DNA from: Podarcis pityusensis | Lineage: Eukaryota | DNA: 64,000 nucleotides | Assembly (NCBI GenBank): GCA_964106645.2 | Contig: OZ067040.1 | Direction: 5' to 3' (one strand) | Shown: piece by piece, positions 1-12,214 of the stretch | Layout of the letters: every line of letters begins with the position of its first letter | How positions within the stretch are numbered: position 1 is the first letter of the stretch | Program-made: the position numbers and the translations under genes | The notes under the pieces: model-generated | Told to the model about the DNA's origin: nothing | Databases searched by the model: none | What the model saw: only the letters and a program-made list of their open reading frames with translations

Positions 1-707
1 TGCCTTCTGGGGAAAAAACACAGAAGGAGGCTTTCTATAAGCCAATGTCCTGCAGGGAAGATCCTGTTCAAGAAAGTCTCCTGCAGCTCTGACTCCTCTC
101 CTAACAACCCGTTCCTCCGTAAAAGTACCAACTGAAATGAATTATGCAGCAGGAGAGCTTACCCTAACTAGACTGTCTGTACACAGCCTTTGCACATCAC
201 TGAAGGGCTGCTTCCATGATAACTGACCTTGCATGTGTGATTTACGAATTCTGCAGCCCTCAGCGCTCTCTTCCTGCGACTTTATCACACGATAAACCAG
301 AGAGGAAGTGAAGCATAGTAAAGTGAAACTATAAATAGCAGCAATTATGCTGAAGTAATGAATGTGTGACCAAGCAAAGGTATAATTTCCTTTGTCGTTA
401 TTCATGTTATTTTACTGCAGGACAAAAAGGCATTTGCGTTAAGTGCAATTTTCGCAATGATCTACCTAGAAATCAGCATGAAATAAAACAATATCCATCA
501 TCAGTATATCCATTATGTACTGTTACTAAGCACAGGAATTTGTACACTTACCCATGTGCAAGTGCAGCGTTACACTTTTAGTTAGCTGTATTCCTAATTG
601 CCATGACTATTAAGCCTGGCTTAGCTTGTTGTCCAAAGGTGGGATCACAGTTAACCTTTCTCCCACTTAACCATGGTCTATAGCCAGAGAACAAACATTG
701 GCTACAG

Positions 708-853
708 ATCATAGAAACATAGAGTTGGAAGGGACCCTAAGGATCATCTAGCCTAACCACCTGCAATGCAGGAATATGAAGCCGTCCCACATAGGGATCG
801 AACCTGCAACCTTGACATTATCAGCACCATGCTCTAACCAACTGAGCTATCCG
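708..853 (-). mobile_element. tRNA-Ile-derived SINE with CR1-type 3' tail
   Basis: Minus strand reads GGATAGCTCAGTTGGTTAGAGCATGGTGCTGATAATGTCAAGGTTGCAGGTTCGATCCC (A box, B box, tRNA-Ile-like). It is fused directly to the CR1 3' end ...GGTCCCTTCCAACTCTATGTTTCTATGA. Confidence 0.8.
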
Positions 854-3140
854 GGTTAAGGAGAAGAGAGCTTAACCACAGTCCTAGGTTTGGATGACAC
901 ACTACGTCAAACCTTGGCTTAGCTGCCTCACAGTGTACTAAACTGAATGGGTAGGTACAAAGCAAATGTCAGCCTCTTTATGGGAACCAGTGTATTCACA
1001 TGGTCCCAGTAGGCCACACTTTGGGCTTGGCCACTATGAACGCTATTTTTTTTTTTAAGATATCAAAAGACAATATTTCTAGAAAGTGATTGGGTCCATA
1101 TTGGCCGTACTATGCCTGACTGAGTAGTTACATCTGGATTGACAGGATGTGTGTTTTAGCATTGATATACAATAGTAATCTAAATCTGCTGTACGCTTGT
1201 TATTCTGATTCATGCTTGTTTTTTTTTTTCTTTTACCCTCATTCAAGTAGAAGGTTTAATGTCTCACACAGTAGATGCAACTCCTTTTAAAACGAAAAAC
1301 AGTTCAGGTGCTAAAATAATCTACACCAAACACAATACAGCAAGGACAACAAATTACATGCAGAGAAAGTAGATGATTTAGGGGAAATATGACTTTAGGG
1401 GTAATGGAACATACGGCAAGTATTTGGGCCGAATAGGAAATGTTCTAATAGGTCACTAAGCAGATTTGAGCACATTGTGTGCAATGGTACTTACTTTTCT
1501 TCCCTCCCCCGTTCAGCCCCCTATCCAGCCCTACAATCTGCTTCAGAAACTTGGGGCACCCTATAGAGCAGTGAAGGGACAGGAGGAGCTGCAGAAGGTA
1601 GGAAAAGAAAGGGAAGTTTCATCATACCCCGTTATGAGGATTTCACTAGAGTACACCCTTGTACAATGAGGGCCATAGGCTTTGCATTAACCAAAGTGTA
1701 GAGGGAACTCAGTAAAGCTGCCTCCTTCTGATATGGATGCAGAAGAAACAACTTTTCCGAGCCCACGCTTAGTAGAATATTTGTCCAGCAAAATATTGCA
1801 GACTGAAACTTAACAAGAAGTTCGTACAAAAATGCATAGTGTTGATCAGCACAGGGGAATCTTTTTCAGTCTATGGGACACATTAGCTTTTTGAGAACCT
1901 CCTGGTGGGGAAGACAAGGTGGTAATGGGGGTTGGGGTTGGGGCTCTTTCCTTTGTACTTGGCTACTTCGCAGCTGTACAACAACCAGAAGTGCCCAAAA
2001 GCACACATATTTCCAACCCCTATTCATGTAAGCAAGAGGCGTTATGGCAGTTCCTCTATGCATCCCAGCCAAGGAATAACACTAGAAGAGGGTAAAGAGA
2101 GCAGGAGGGATGGCTTGGAGAGGGAGAATAGCCCAGTGACATTGCCAAGGGCAGAAATGGATTGCTGCATTTGGCTCCCAGGCCTGACAATATATTTTAT
2201 AACACTTCTTCCAATGGTGGCTTATTTCTATCATGCAAGCAGAAAGTGCTCAGCCTAAAAACTCTGAACTTAATGTTAGCAACTTGCCTTTTTATGTCCT
2301 TTTCTAACAATGAAGGTATGTTTCTACAAGCCTTTTCCCTTTCCTTTCATGTTCTATCAATTGATACAATAAAGTGCTAGCTTAACGAAAGCTAACTTCA
2401 AAGCGAGAACAATTGTTGCAAAGGATATTAGGGTAGATCACATACAAACAATTACCATTTTGAAAAGCAGGCTTTGAAACAAATTATACGAGGCATGTTT
2501 TGATCTTAACAATTTCATAGTACCAAGGTCTAATCTGCCAATTAATGTGCTGTTTTTCATGTTCTTTCTGTGGAATAAACTGGCTTTTTTCATACTGACC
2601 TGCATCGCAAAGACCTTAGATGTCTGCATCACTTCTCCAGTTATCGTGAAGCTGAAACCTGACATTTTAAGATATGTATCTGGGCAGTAAACAGTCCTCT
2701 TGCAAGATCATGCAACAGCTCTTCTTATTACAACATTTGTGATTTGTGATTTCTCTTTGGCTAAGCTGTGGAAATTCTGGTACCTAGGCTAATGTAACAT
2801 TAGCTCTGAGGCAAATCAATATTGCTTGGCCTAATTTTGTATGAAATTTTGCTATAGCACAGCATTGGGTCTCTTGTTTCCCCACTTTGACCTTGAATTT
2901 CCTTGCGGCATTTTACTGTTTTAAGTTGCATATGGACCATTTAATCAAAGCACCCAAGCTTGCTTATATGTTTGCTCAAAGTAAATGAATGAGCACTTTC
3001 ATTACATGAATAAAACAAGCCAGAGTTAGAGTTAATGTTAAATATTGACTACAACCATGGTCAAGAACTCAAGGCCTGATGATAAACTATTTGAGAATTC
3101 AGCAGTTCCCAGCATAATTTGTTGAGAAGTCAGATATGTA

Positions 3141-3374
3141 CAGTGGTACCTTGGGTTACATACGATTCAGGTTGCATACGTTTCAGGTTATAGACTCCGC
3201 TAACCCAGAAATAGTACCTCGGGTTAAGAACTTTGCTTCAGGATGAGAACAGAAATCGTGCTCCAGCGGCAGCAGGAGGCCCCATTAGCCAAAGTGGTGC
3301 TTCAGGTTAAGAACAGTTTCAGGTTAAGAACAGACCTCCAGAACAAATTAAGTTCTTAACCCGAGGTACCACTG
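3141..3374. mobile_element. Tc1/mariner-type MITE (family A)
   Basis: TA-CAGTGGTACC...GGTACCACTG-TA: terminal inverted repeats and TA target duplication. Homologous copies at 36700, 59061 and 61172. Confidence 0.9.
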
Positions 3375-4390
3375 TATTCTCATCAATGAAGTTTAAGATA
3401 CCAAGGAATGTTCTGATGAGAAAATATATATTGAACCTCTTTGGACAACAAGATAATGCTGATACTGTCAAATGTGAGGGCTTTTAAGTACATTAGTGTC
3501 AAAATTTTGTTGTTTATTGAAATTGCCCAGTTCCTGCTTCACATAGAATGGTAATACCCTTTGCAAAAGACATAATTTATATTTAATTGATTTTGTGCCC
3601 TTTGGTCCAAGATATGGTTGTATCTTCAAGGAACACTACGCCTTGTGATCAGATTTTTTTTTAAAAACCCAAACAAACCATAAGAACCAAGCTAGATCAA
3701 ATCAAGAATCCTGTTTGGAATGCTTCTTTAAGCTTTACAAGCTAGGGCATGAGGGCAATAGCTATTTGCTATAAGTTCCTTCCAATACCTGGCATTAAAT
3801 TGTGCACTGCCTCCGAAAAATGGGCTGCATTTAACTGCTGGTGGTAATAGCTTTTCCTAGAAATAACATCTTTGAATTGTTTTCAAGTTCTCTGGCTGGA
3901 TCTTTCACAAGTTTAGAGTATGGTAATGAGAATAGGAAATAATATGATTATAATTGGCAGATGGAAGAGCAGAAGTATCTCCTTTTCTCTTTTTGTTTTT
4001 CTTATTATTTATTTTTTGATAGTTTTTTATTAATATTAAATTATATTATTATATGGCTGATAAAAAGATACAAACAGAGAGAACATTGATAAAAGATATC
4101 TTTGTGGCAGATAGAATAGAGTTGTTGTTTTTCCTGAATGTGAGGCTGAGAAGGATTGGAGCTGTCTCAGGTGGGAGCTGGGAAGACATAGATCTCTTTG
4201 TGAATTGAAGATTAAGATAGAAGGCTGATAGAATATAAAATTTAGTGTTTGTTTGGGTGTGGGTTTTGTTTTTGCTTTGTTTTTGCTTTTCTTCTTTTGC
4301 TTTCCTTTCCTTGTTATTATTTTGCTCTCTTTAGATATTAGCTTTGTTTGATTTTTTGATTTGATTTTTTTAAGGCAAAATAATATAATT

Positions 4391-4456
4391 GCCTGGCGTG
4401 CTCTGGTCCATGGGGTCACGAAGAGTCGGACACGACTAAACGACTAAACAACAACA
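4391..4456 (+). mobile_element. Extremely 5'-truncated BovB (RTE) 3' end
   Basis: GCCTGGCGTGCTCTGGTCCATGGGGTCACGAAGAGTCGGACACGACTAAACGACTAAACAACAAC matches the 3' end of the BovB at 51355 (opposite strand). Flanked by aatataatt direct repeats. Confidence 0.85.
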
Positions 4457-4611
4457 ATATAATTAACACTCATATTTTCTCCTTTAGTCCACTTTGATCC
4501 TTTGGACATTCACTTTACTAACAGGGAAAATGATTCTCCCTTTGACAGTCAACATGATGCAGCTGTTTCAAGTTCTTGCTCAGCTCCTGCAATCTTTCTT
4601 AAATTAAGAAA

Positions 4612-4737
4612 TACCTGAAGAAGTGTGCATGCACACAAAAGCTTATACCCAGAACAAACTTAGTTGGTCTCTAAGGTGCTCCTGGAAAATTTTTAAATTT
4701 ATTTCAACTGCATCAGACCAACATGGCTACCTACCTG
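4612..4737 (+). mobile_element. Penelope-like element terminal repeat with decayed minimal hammerhead motif
   Basis: CTGAAGA-A-GTGTGC-AT-GCACAC-AAAA-GCTTA, followed by the lizard PLE-type tail (ttagttggtctctaaggtgct...agaccaacatggctacctacctg). Confidence 0.65.
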
Positions 4738-4762
4738 TTTCTTCAACTCAGTTACTCTTACC

Positions 4763-4892
4763 CAGTGTTATCTTTCTAGAAAAAGAGGTGCTGGAACTCA
4801 CCATGAACACCTCCCTTGTTCTCTTATAATGACAACGGTGCCAATCTGAAAGGTGCCACCAGCTGAGTTGTGGCTGGGGGGAAAAAGTCCTG
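4763..4892. mobile_element. Short non-autonomous DNA transposon (hAT-like), degraded
   Basis: CAGTGTT...TTTCTAGAAAAAGAGGTGCTGGAACTCACC...GAAAAAGTCCTG resembles a common squamate CAG-ended MITE. No clean TSD was seen. Confidence 0.45.
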
Positions 4893-5075
4893 CTGCTACA
4901 GGATTCTTATCCAGGTTAAGTTACATTAAAATATTTTGCAACCCATTTCAATATTTTCGCGATATGACAGAAATTGAACTGATACAGATGTTTTCCTTGG
5001 TCATGGGTTTTAAAAACATATGGCTAAAAACAACGTAGGTGCCAATGAAGGGCCAATGCAATATACTGCCACCAA

Positions 5076-5428
5076 CAGTGGGGTGCGGTGACATTTTTGT
5101 AGGGAACAGTTAGGGCTAGAAGCATCAGCTTGCAAAAGCAATTGGGGAGGGGGACGTGAGCATCACGCCTCCCTCCCTAAACCGGGCAGAAACTTCCTGG
5201 GCTTTAAGGAGATGTCAGGGCTCTGACAGGAAGCTGGAGCCCTCTTGCTTCCTTCCGAAAGCCGGGCAGGCTTTGAGAAGATGGTGGGAGGGCTCTTGGA
5301 CCCATCAGAGCATCACACCTCCCTCCCTAAGCCGGGCAGAAGCTTCCTGAGCTTTGGGAAGGTGGTGCCAGGGAACCATTTAGGGGACTAGTCTAGTCCC
5401 CGTAGCCCAGTGACCACATGCCACACTG
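5076..5428. mobile_element. hAT-type MITE
   Basis: CAGTG...CACTG termini and an 8-bp TSD gccaccaa/gccactaa. Internal ~50-bp direct repeat (5158-5210 vs 5308-5360). Confidence 0.75.
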
Positions 5429-7297
5429 GCCACTAATGAAAAATAAAACAGAGGGGGTGTTTTTACTGGTGGTGGGCAGTAACACTACCCTACAGAGAGT
5501 GAAGAATGCTAAAGCCTAGCTCTGAACTGAATTGTAACGACTGTGTATAAATATAGGTCACATTCAAATGGGTTCTATAAGCTTACATTTCTATTGTAGA
5601 AATGGCGCTAAGAACAAACCCTTGAAAGTCAGGCCTCGGATCAGATGATTGACCCGAATGTTAATTATTTAAAAGCCCACATAGAGTTATAACAAAAATA
5701 CAGAAATCCTTATTTCATTTTAATTAATGGTATCAGTGAGTGAAGTGTGAAGATGCCCAGTGTCCCTTTTGGAATTATCATTGTGAGTACTGATGTAGTC
5801 TAACTTTTTCATGGCATTTTCCTTAGCACAGTAGGAATATGTGGAAGGAGGAGAAGTCTTGCATAGTAACTCACCCTAATGCAATTTATTTAATTCCTTG
5901 TTGGCATGCTGCATTTATCTTAATGATAGCTTTACAACCAGCTTGATAGGTCACTGATTTCAGTATGAAGATATAACACCTTTCTCTTGCTATTTCCTGA
6001 CCCATAAAATGACTAGCCAGGCCCAGATCCAGTTCAGAATTACCAGGCTGCCCAGCCATTTTACTGTCAGTTCAGATAAATTCTGATTCCGTGCCCCAAG
6101 GCACCCTGTGGTGTGAACTGTACTAATATGCTTCACTTAAACACAGTAGGCCTCCTGCTCTTTATAGTTAAATTATGAAAGAACAATTACCTGCTGAAGG
6201 CTTTCATTTATCCAAGCTATCTGCATGTCTGAATCCCATACATAATGGCTAGTCAGTTTACATATGAATAGTGCCACACTTACTCATGAAGCATAGAAAA
6301 ATTTGCACGGGCATGTGCATACATGCAAAAGCTTCTCAAGACTGCAAGAGACTAATTATAATTATATTATTTCCTCTTATTTTAAAAGCACAAGATTGTA
6401 GCCTTGGTCCACCATGCACAATAGCTCAAGATGCCTCAAGCATGTGATTCATGCATCTGCTTGGCCTTCACCTCTGTTCATGTATCAAGTAGTTTGACAT
6501 GACCATATCAGATAGAATGTGAGCCATGGGTACGGGAGCTGGCTTGTGCTTGAGCTGGAGGCCATGCAGTTTCTCTGCTTCATCTCCTTTTTTAGCTATT
6601 TCTGGGAGTACATTTTCTTGCCAACACTGCTCTGAACAACTTGCCGCTCAATCTTCATTTGCCACTCAGGCCACTTTTGCAAACCTTTCCACACACACAA
6701 TCTGGTTACACAGATGTGTAATCCAAACAGATTGATTCTTTCATATACTAGTCATAATCTGCTTAAGAGTTTCCTTAAGTAATCTACCTGCTATTATCTC
6801 AACGGCCCTTTAATTTGCCATATAAGGATGAACTGTTACTTTCACCCCCATATTACAGGTGAAACACCTGAGGCTGTAAGACAGCAGGTTGGCAAAGCCC
6901 AGGCCACCAAGGAGAGTGTGTAGTGGAGCTGAGATCTGAACATGCAAAGGCTGAGCACAAACGTTATGCTCTCAACTACCATGCTAAATTATATCACATG
7001 ATCTTCCGGCTCATCTGCACGTAGCACTACAACTGATGTGATGCAGCTCTGAGTTATCTGCCTGTGTAAAATTAGTTTGAAAACTGAAATTAATAATAAT
7101 AATGCTCAAATCCTGTACCTATCTCTCTTCCTTGCACTGTAGTTCTGCTGTTTTGATATCTTCATCCCTATCCCCCATCCCACCCCACTCACCAGTTATA
7201 GTACATGAGGACTAATTTGCAGAGACACCATAAGAAGTAAGGACTAATGGCTGGTATAGCATCCTTGATGGTGTATATATATTTCTTCTTGCTGCAG

Positions 7298-7427
7298 ATC
7301 TAATGCATTTGAAGTACTGGCACTCGATGGAGTTAGCACTGGGATACTTCAGTATTGTTCAACCCAGGAGAGTGTTGACTGGCTGAGAGCATTATCAACT
7401 AACATCAATGATTTGACACTACAAAAT
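7298..7427 (+). CDS. SNTG2: SNTG2 coding exon (PH region)
   Basis: Acceptor tttcttcttgctgcag and donor gtatgt. 130 nt reading (1 nt)+SNAFEVLALDGVSTGILQYCSTQESVDWLRALSTNINDLTLQN, matching recalled mammalian gamma-2 syntrophin NAFEVLALDGVSSGILRFYTAQDGTDWLRAVSANIRELTLQN. Confidence 0.95.
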
Positions 7428-8163
7428 GTATGTTGCTTCCTAGATATTTTTCCCCCTATTTTTTTGTTGTTTGGGTTTTGTTTTTGGTTTTTTTCCTTAG
7501 TGATTCAGAATAATTTTTTCCCACCTGCCAGAGATCAGCGTAATATATTGTTATGTGTTTAAAAAGACATTGATTTCAGGAAGGAAAGGGGAAGAAAAAA
7601 GGCACACCTTGTCAAATTTGATGATGCCTTGCAAACTCTCCAAACATTCATTGTGATCAGTCACACTTTATAAAAGGGAGAATTAGAAAATAACAGCCTT
7701 TTACATTCCAGGAGGGGTGGTGGTCACAGAGTATATCAGTAAGGACCTGCCTTAAGCTTTGCAGTGCTATTAGTCCTGGGAGCTGATGCTTTCACTTCTC
7801 ACATGAATATTTTTTAAATAACAAGGTGAAACGCTTGTAGATTTAAGAATGTATACTTTTGTAACCGCTGTCCCTATACTCTCTCATGTACTTAGCTTAC
7901 TCACTGATACTTTTATGAGCATTCATATTTAGGTCCCTAAACAACATACAGTATTTCATTATTCAAAACCTTTTTTAAGAAATAAAAATGCTTAAATCGG
8001 CCACTTTTATTTTGAAGAAAAAACAACTTGAAGAAAAAAACAAATGGGACTCTTTTTCTGGCATGTTTCAGATAAGGCCTCATGGTTTCTTCCCCACCCC
8101 CACAAATTAGAAGTGTGGATAATTTAACATGTACTTTAGTCCACATGTACTTTAGTCCACATA

Positions 8164-8520
8164 GGGACGCGGGTGGCGCTGTGGGTAAAACCTCAGCGCC
8201 TAGGACTTGCCGATCGCAAGGTCGGCGGTTCGAATCCCCGCAGCGGGGTGCGCTCCCGTCGTTCGGTCCCAGCGCCTGCCAACCTAGCAGTTCGAAAGCA
8301 CCTCCGGGTGCAAGTAGATAAATAGGGACCGCTTACCAGCGGGAAGGTAAACGGCGTTCTGTGTGCTGTGCTGGCTCGCCAGATGCAGCCTGTCACGCTG
8401 GCCACATGACCCGGAAGTGTCTGCGGACAGCGCTGGCTCCCGGCCTTTAGAGTGAGATGAGCGCACAACCCTAGAGTCTGGCAAGACTGGCCCGAATGGG
8501 CGGGGTACCTTTACCTTTAC
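8164..8520 (+). mobile_element. Sauria SINE, full length
   Basis: GGGACGCGGGTGGCGCTGTGGG head with B box GGTTCGAATCC and an (ACCTTT)n tail. Perfect 14-bp TSD ctttagtccacata (8150-8163 / 8521-8534). Confidence 0.93.
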
Positions 8521-8959
8521 CTTTAGTCCACATAAATGCATGGCATTCATAGACATCATCTAGCACTGTGAGAATGTGGCCTTCCTCTGCTTAACCCTTT
8601 CCCACAAACAACCCACAGCCCACCTGTCCCTAAGGACCGCTGTGTCAACAGCTTTAAAAATATCTGATTAACTGGAATGTCTACATAGCTATAGATGCAT
8701 TCATCTCAATAAACAAAAATCACAGCCAATCACTATAGAGGTTTCAAAACTGCAGCTTCTGCTGACTTCAGGTCTCTTCCTTCAGTTGAAAATACTGATT
8801 TTGCAAGTAAAGGTGCAAAACCACAATTTTTCTGAGAATCTGTGGATTGAATCCAGACTTCGTCTTCTGTGGATAGAAAGGCTCCTTCCATCCTCAGAAG
8901 GCTTTTTATCAGGCAGAGTGATCCCCTTAGAGCCAGACTTTACTCCTGTTGATAAATAT

Positions 8960-9475
8960 AGGGTCGGACCACACCTAACGTACTGTGTCCTGTTCGGGAC
9001 ACCACAATGTAAGAAGGATATTGACAAGCTAGAACATATTCAGAGCAGGACAACCAATATGATCAAGGGTCTAGAAACCAAGCCTTATGAGGAATGGATG
9101 AGGGAGTTGGGTATGTTTAGCCTGTATAAGAGGAGGCTGAGAGGAAATATGAAAGCCATATTCAAATATCTAAAATCCTGTGACATGGAAGATGGAGCAA
9201 GCTTGTTTTCTCCTGCTCAAGAGGTTAGAACCTGAACCCAGTGGCTTCAAGTTACAAGAAAGGAGATTCTAACTAAAGATCAGGAAGAACTTTCCGATGT
9301 TAAGAGCTGTTTGACAATGAAACAGTCTCCTGTGAGAAATGGTGGACTCTCTTTCCTTGGAGGTTTATAAGCAGAGGTTGGATGGCCATCTGTCATGCAT
9401 GATCTAGTTGAGATTATTGCATTGCAGGGGTTTGGACTAGATGACTACCTTCCAGCTCTGCCATTCCTTGACTTT
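8960..9475 (+). mobile_element. CR1 LINE 3' fragment
   Basis: PHLTYCVLFGTPQCKKDIDKLEHIQSRTTNMIKGLE...RELGMFSLYKRRLRG is typical of the CR1 ORF2 C-terminus. The degenerate CR1 3' UTR follows. Confidence 0.88.
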
Positions 9476-10079
9476 TGAAGATTCCCTTACCCCTGAAGCT
9501 CCCATTCACACTGTTCCAGAAGGTCCCCCAATGCGCCGAAATAATGTTGCACTAATGTGGCAGGAGTAGTGGAGAAGGAGCATAAGGGACTTCCCTTTCC
9601 GATCTAGCAGGAGTAAAGTCTGGATCTAACCAAGTGTTTTATGAGCTTTAACTTGATACTTCTTTCATTCTCATGAGATCTTAGCAAGTGCCCTAAAAGA
9701 TTATTGCATTGACTTCACACAGCTCTATATAGATTTTGACTTTCACCTTCTGGTTTCACAGAATCTGCTACACATATCAACTTAGTTTATTTGATTTTCT
9801 CTCCCAAACAGTAAACAGAGAGACTTTATAAAGAAAAGACTATTCCAGGTGTTGCTAACATCCGCTGAGTTTCATGGTGCATCCACACACATGGCAGGGT
9901 TTTTTGTGTGTGTGCAGTCTGCTACTAACATTTGTGCAAGGATGTAGCATGGTCCACAGTGCATCTTGTGATCTGTCATTGTAGTGACTACAGATAGGGG
10001 AGGATTTAATTCACTCTACAATACAAAACAAAGTTGCCTGTTTCTCACCTTCTGGACTTACCTCCTGGGTTTGGATACA

Positions 10080-10107
<28 letters not shown>
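10080..10107. repeat. (ATTG)n microsatellite
   Basis: Direct reading. Confidence 0.9.
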
Positions 10108-10110
<3 letters not shown>

Positions 10111-10517
10111 TGGATTGGGTTTCCCTGCTACTTTTCATTCAAATGACTCTCAAAGCAGCTTGCAAACAATAACAACAACAGGACAGAACATAACATAACA
10201 TCACAAATACAGCATAAATCTTATAAAATAACAAATCATGAATAAGACAATTGCAATCTTTAAAACACTATTAAAAAACAGCAACTAAAAAATAAGCTAA
10301 ACATCACAATGTTCGTATTATATAATTAATACGAGCAAAAGTCATATTATATAATTAACAAATCTATATGGCATTCATAATATAAAAAACAATATTTAGA
10401 ACATTAACAAACTAGCAACTAAATAGAAAAAAAAAGCTAAGTGCTGTTAAGGTCATGCACACAATCTCCACGCTCCCATGACTCATCATCTTTCACTCTT
10501 TTAAGTTCAATAAAATA

Positions 10518-10741
10518 CAGTGGTACCTCGGTTTACGAACTTAATCTGTTCCATAAGTCTGTTCTTAAACCAAAGCCGTTCTTAAACTGAGGTGTGCTTC
10601 CCTAAAGAGGCCTCCTGCCGCTGGTGCCCTTCTACCGTTCGGCTTCCGTTCGTAGACCGAGGTAAAGTTCACAAACCGGGACCCTACTTCCGGTTTTGCG
10701 GAGTTCATATACCGAATAGTTCTTAAACCGAGGTACCACTG
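10518..10741. mobile_element. Tc1/mariner-type MITE (family B)
   Basis: TA-CAGTGGTACCTCGGTTTA...TAAACCGAGGTACCACTG-TA. Same TIR class as family A, with a different interior. Confidence 0.9.
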
Positions 10742-10922
10742 TACACATAAAACCCAATGTTAAGCCAGCTCAGTCAGATGTTGTGCCAACTGGTAGTGGG
10801 CCATGGTAGGGCTCTTGGGCCTACTTCCAGTGGTAAGAGGGATGTTAACTCCATGTAGTCTGCCCAGTCACCACTGATGAGGAAGTTACACACATCAGTC
10901 TCGATAATCAGGATGTCCATTT

Positions 10923-11097
10923 CCCACTTGAAGTCCAAGATGAGCCTGTCCCTCCAGGTTCACAAGTTGTGGCTGCACTTGGTGCAGAGGCTGGCCCGGA
11001 GGTACAGCAGCACTTCCACGCTCAGGACTCTCTTGCTGTCCTGTAGCCCATCCACCAGAAGTGATTCCAACTTTTTCAGTTGCTCCTTGGCCGACAT
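10923..11097 (-). pseudogene. CDC42BPB: Decayed copy of CDC42BPB (MRCK-beta) first coding exon
   Basis: ccaccATG Kozak context, then MSAKEQLKKLESLLVDGLQDSKRVLSVEVLLYLRASLCTKCSHNL*TWRDRLILDFKW versus recalled MRCK-beta [58 protein letters not shown]. One internal stop; GC-rich island in an AT-rich intron. Confidence 0.75.
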
Positions 11098-11377
11098 GGT
11101 GGAGGAGGAGGCAGGGCAGCTACTTGAGTGGACACCAGGCAAGAGGGAGAGGCCAAGATAAAGATGTTGAGGGAGCCTCAGCAGGATCCCGGTGGCCTGT
11201 ATGAGCTCATAGCCAGGGACTTGGGGTTGCGCCTTGGTCTTGGCATCCAGGCCACTTTTCTCACATGGATCCGTAATGGGAAGGGAAAGGCTTAAGCCTC
11301 ATTCCTTTGCACCTTGATCCCAATCCCACCAATTTTCAGTGGCATCTGTTATGACCTCTTCTCCCTGCTCCTTTTTC

Positions 11378-12214
11378 TTTTCTTTTCTTTAATTTTTTTT
11401 GAAAAGTTTTTATTGTTAAAATAAGGTAAAGGTAAAGGGACCCCTGACCATTAGGTCCAGTCGTGACCGACTCTGGGGTTGCGGCGCTCATCTCGCTTTA
11501 TTGGCCGAGGGAGCTGGCGTACTGCTTCCGGGTCATGTGGCCAGCATGACTAAGCCGCTTCTGGCGAACCAGAGCAGTGCACGGAAATGCTGTTTACCTT
11601 CCTGCCGGAGCAGTACCTATTTATCCACTTGCACTTTGACGTGCTTTCGAACTGCTAGGTTGGCAGGAGCTGGGACCGAACAATGGGCGCTCACCCAGTC
11701 GCAGGGATTCGAACCGCGACCTTCTGATTAGCAAGTCCTAGGCCACCCACGTCCCAATTGTTAAAATAATTCAGCATTAATACACACATATTGCGAATAT
11801 ACAAGCATACAAACATACATTTCATACAATCCTTAAAAATATTCAAACATACCTACACTCAGTCCCACAGATAATTCCTTTCCCCATCACCATCCACCAC
11901 CCCTCACCCCACCTTTGTGTTAGACTTCCAATCTACTCAATTGCAATTTCTTTCCACTTCTATTACTTTCTTTCACACACCTTTAACCTAATTTCATGCT
12001 TCTTTTTCTATTACACATTGTTATCCATCTTATTTAGTATTTCAGTATTTAAAACAGAACTTGTTTATTCTAATAGGAGTTCTGATTTTTCAATATGGTT
12101 TTGCAAGTATCCTTTAAACACCTTCCAGTCCCTGTCTATCTTCTCTTTCGAGATTCTTCCAATTTCTCCCGTTGTTTTGGATATATTGTAGTACTCCAAT
12201 AATTTGGCAAGCCA
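11378..12214 (-). mobile_element. 5'-truncated L1-clade LINE (3' end) with nested Sauria SINE
   Basis: Minus frame EWLAKLLEYYNISKTTGEIGRISKEKIDRDWKVFKGYLQNHIEKSELLLE* resembles an L1 ORF2 C-terminus, followed by an A-rich tail. Perfect 17-bp TSD ctccctgctcctttttc (11361-11377 / 12215-12231). Confidence 0.8.
11425..11756 (-). mobile_element. Sauria SINE inserted in the L1 tail
   Basis: (AAAGGT)n tail on the + strand and head ...cacccacgtccc. 13-bp TSD attgttaaaataa (11412-11424 / 11757-11769). Confidence 0.92.

Noticed and set aside
781-853. tRNA-Ile gene
   Set aside because: The acceptor stem is degenerate, there is no poly-T terminator, and the sequence is fused to a CR1 3' tail, so it is a SINE head.
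4036-4419. 127-aa Lys-rich ORF
   Set aside because: Product of T-rich low-complexity sequence plus the BovB tail, with no recognisable domain.
1-7297. Upstream SNTG2 exon (…YEKRWLDTLSVPLSMA…) and PDZ exons
   Set aside because: Not found by eye in this interval and presumed to lie 5' of the window.
8082-8559. ORFs over Sauria SINEs (also 11501-11731 and 40030-40230)
   Set aside because: Incidental frames in GC-rich non-coding SINE sequence.
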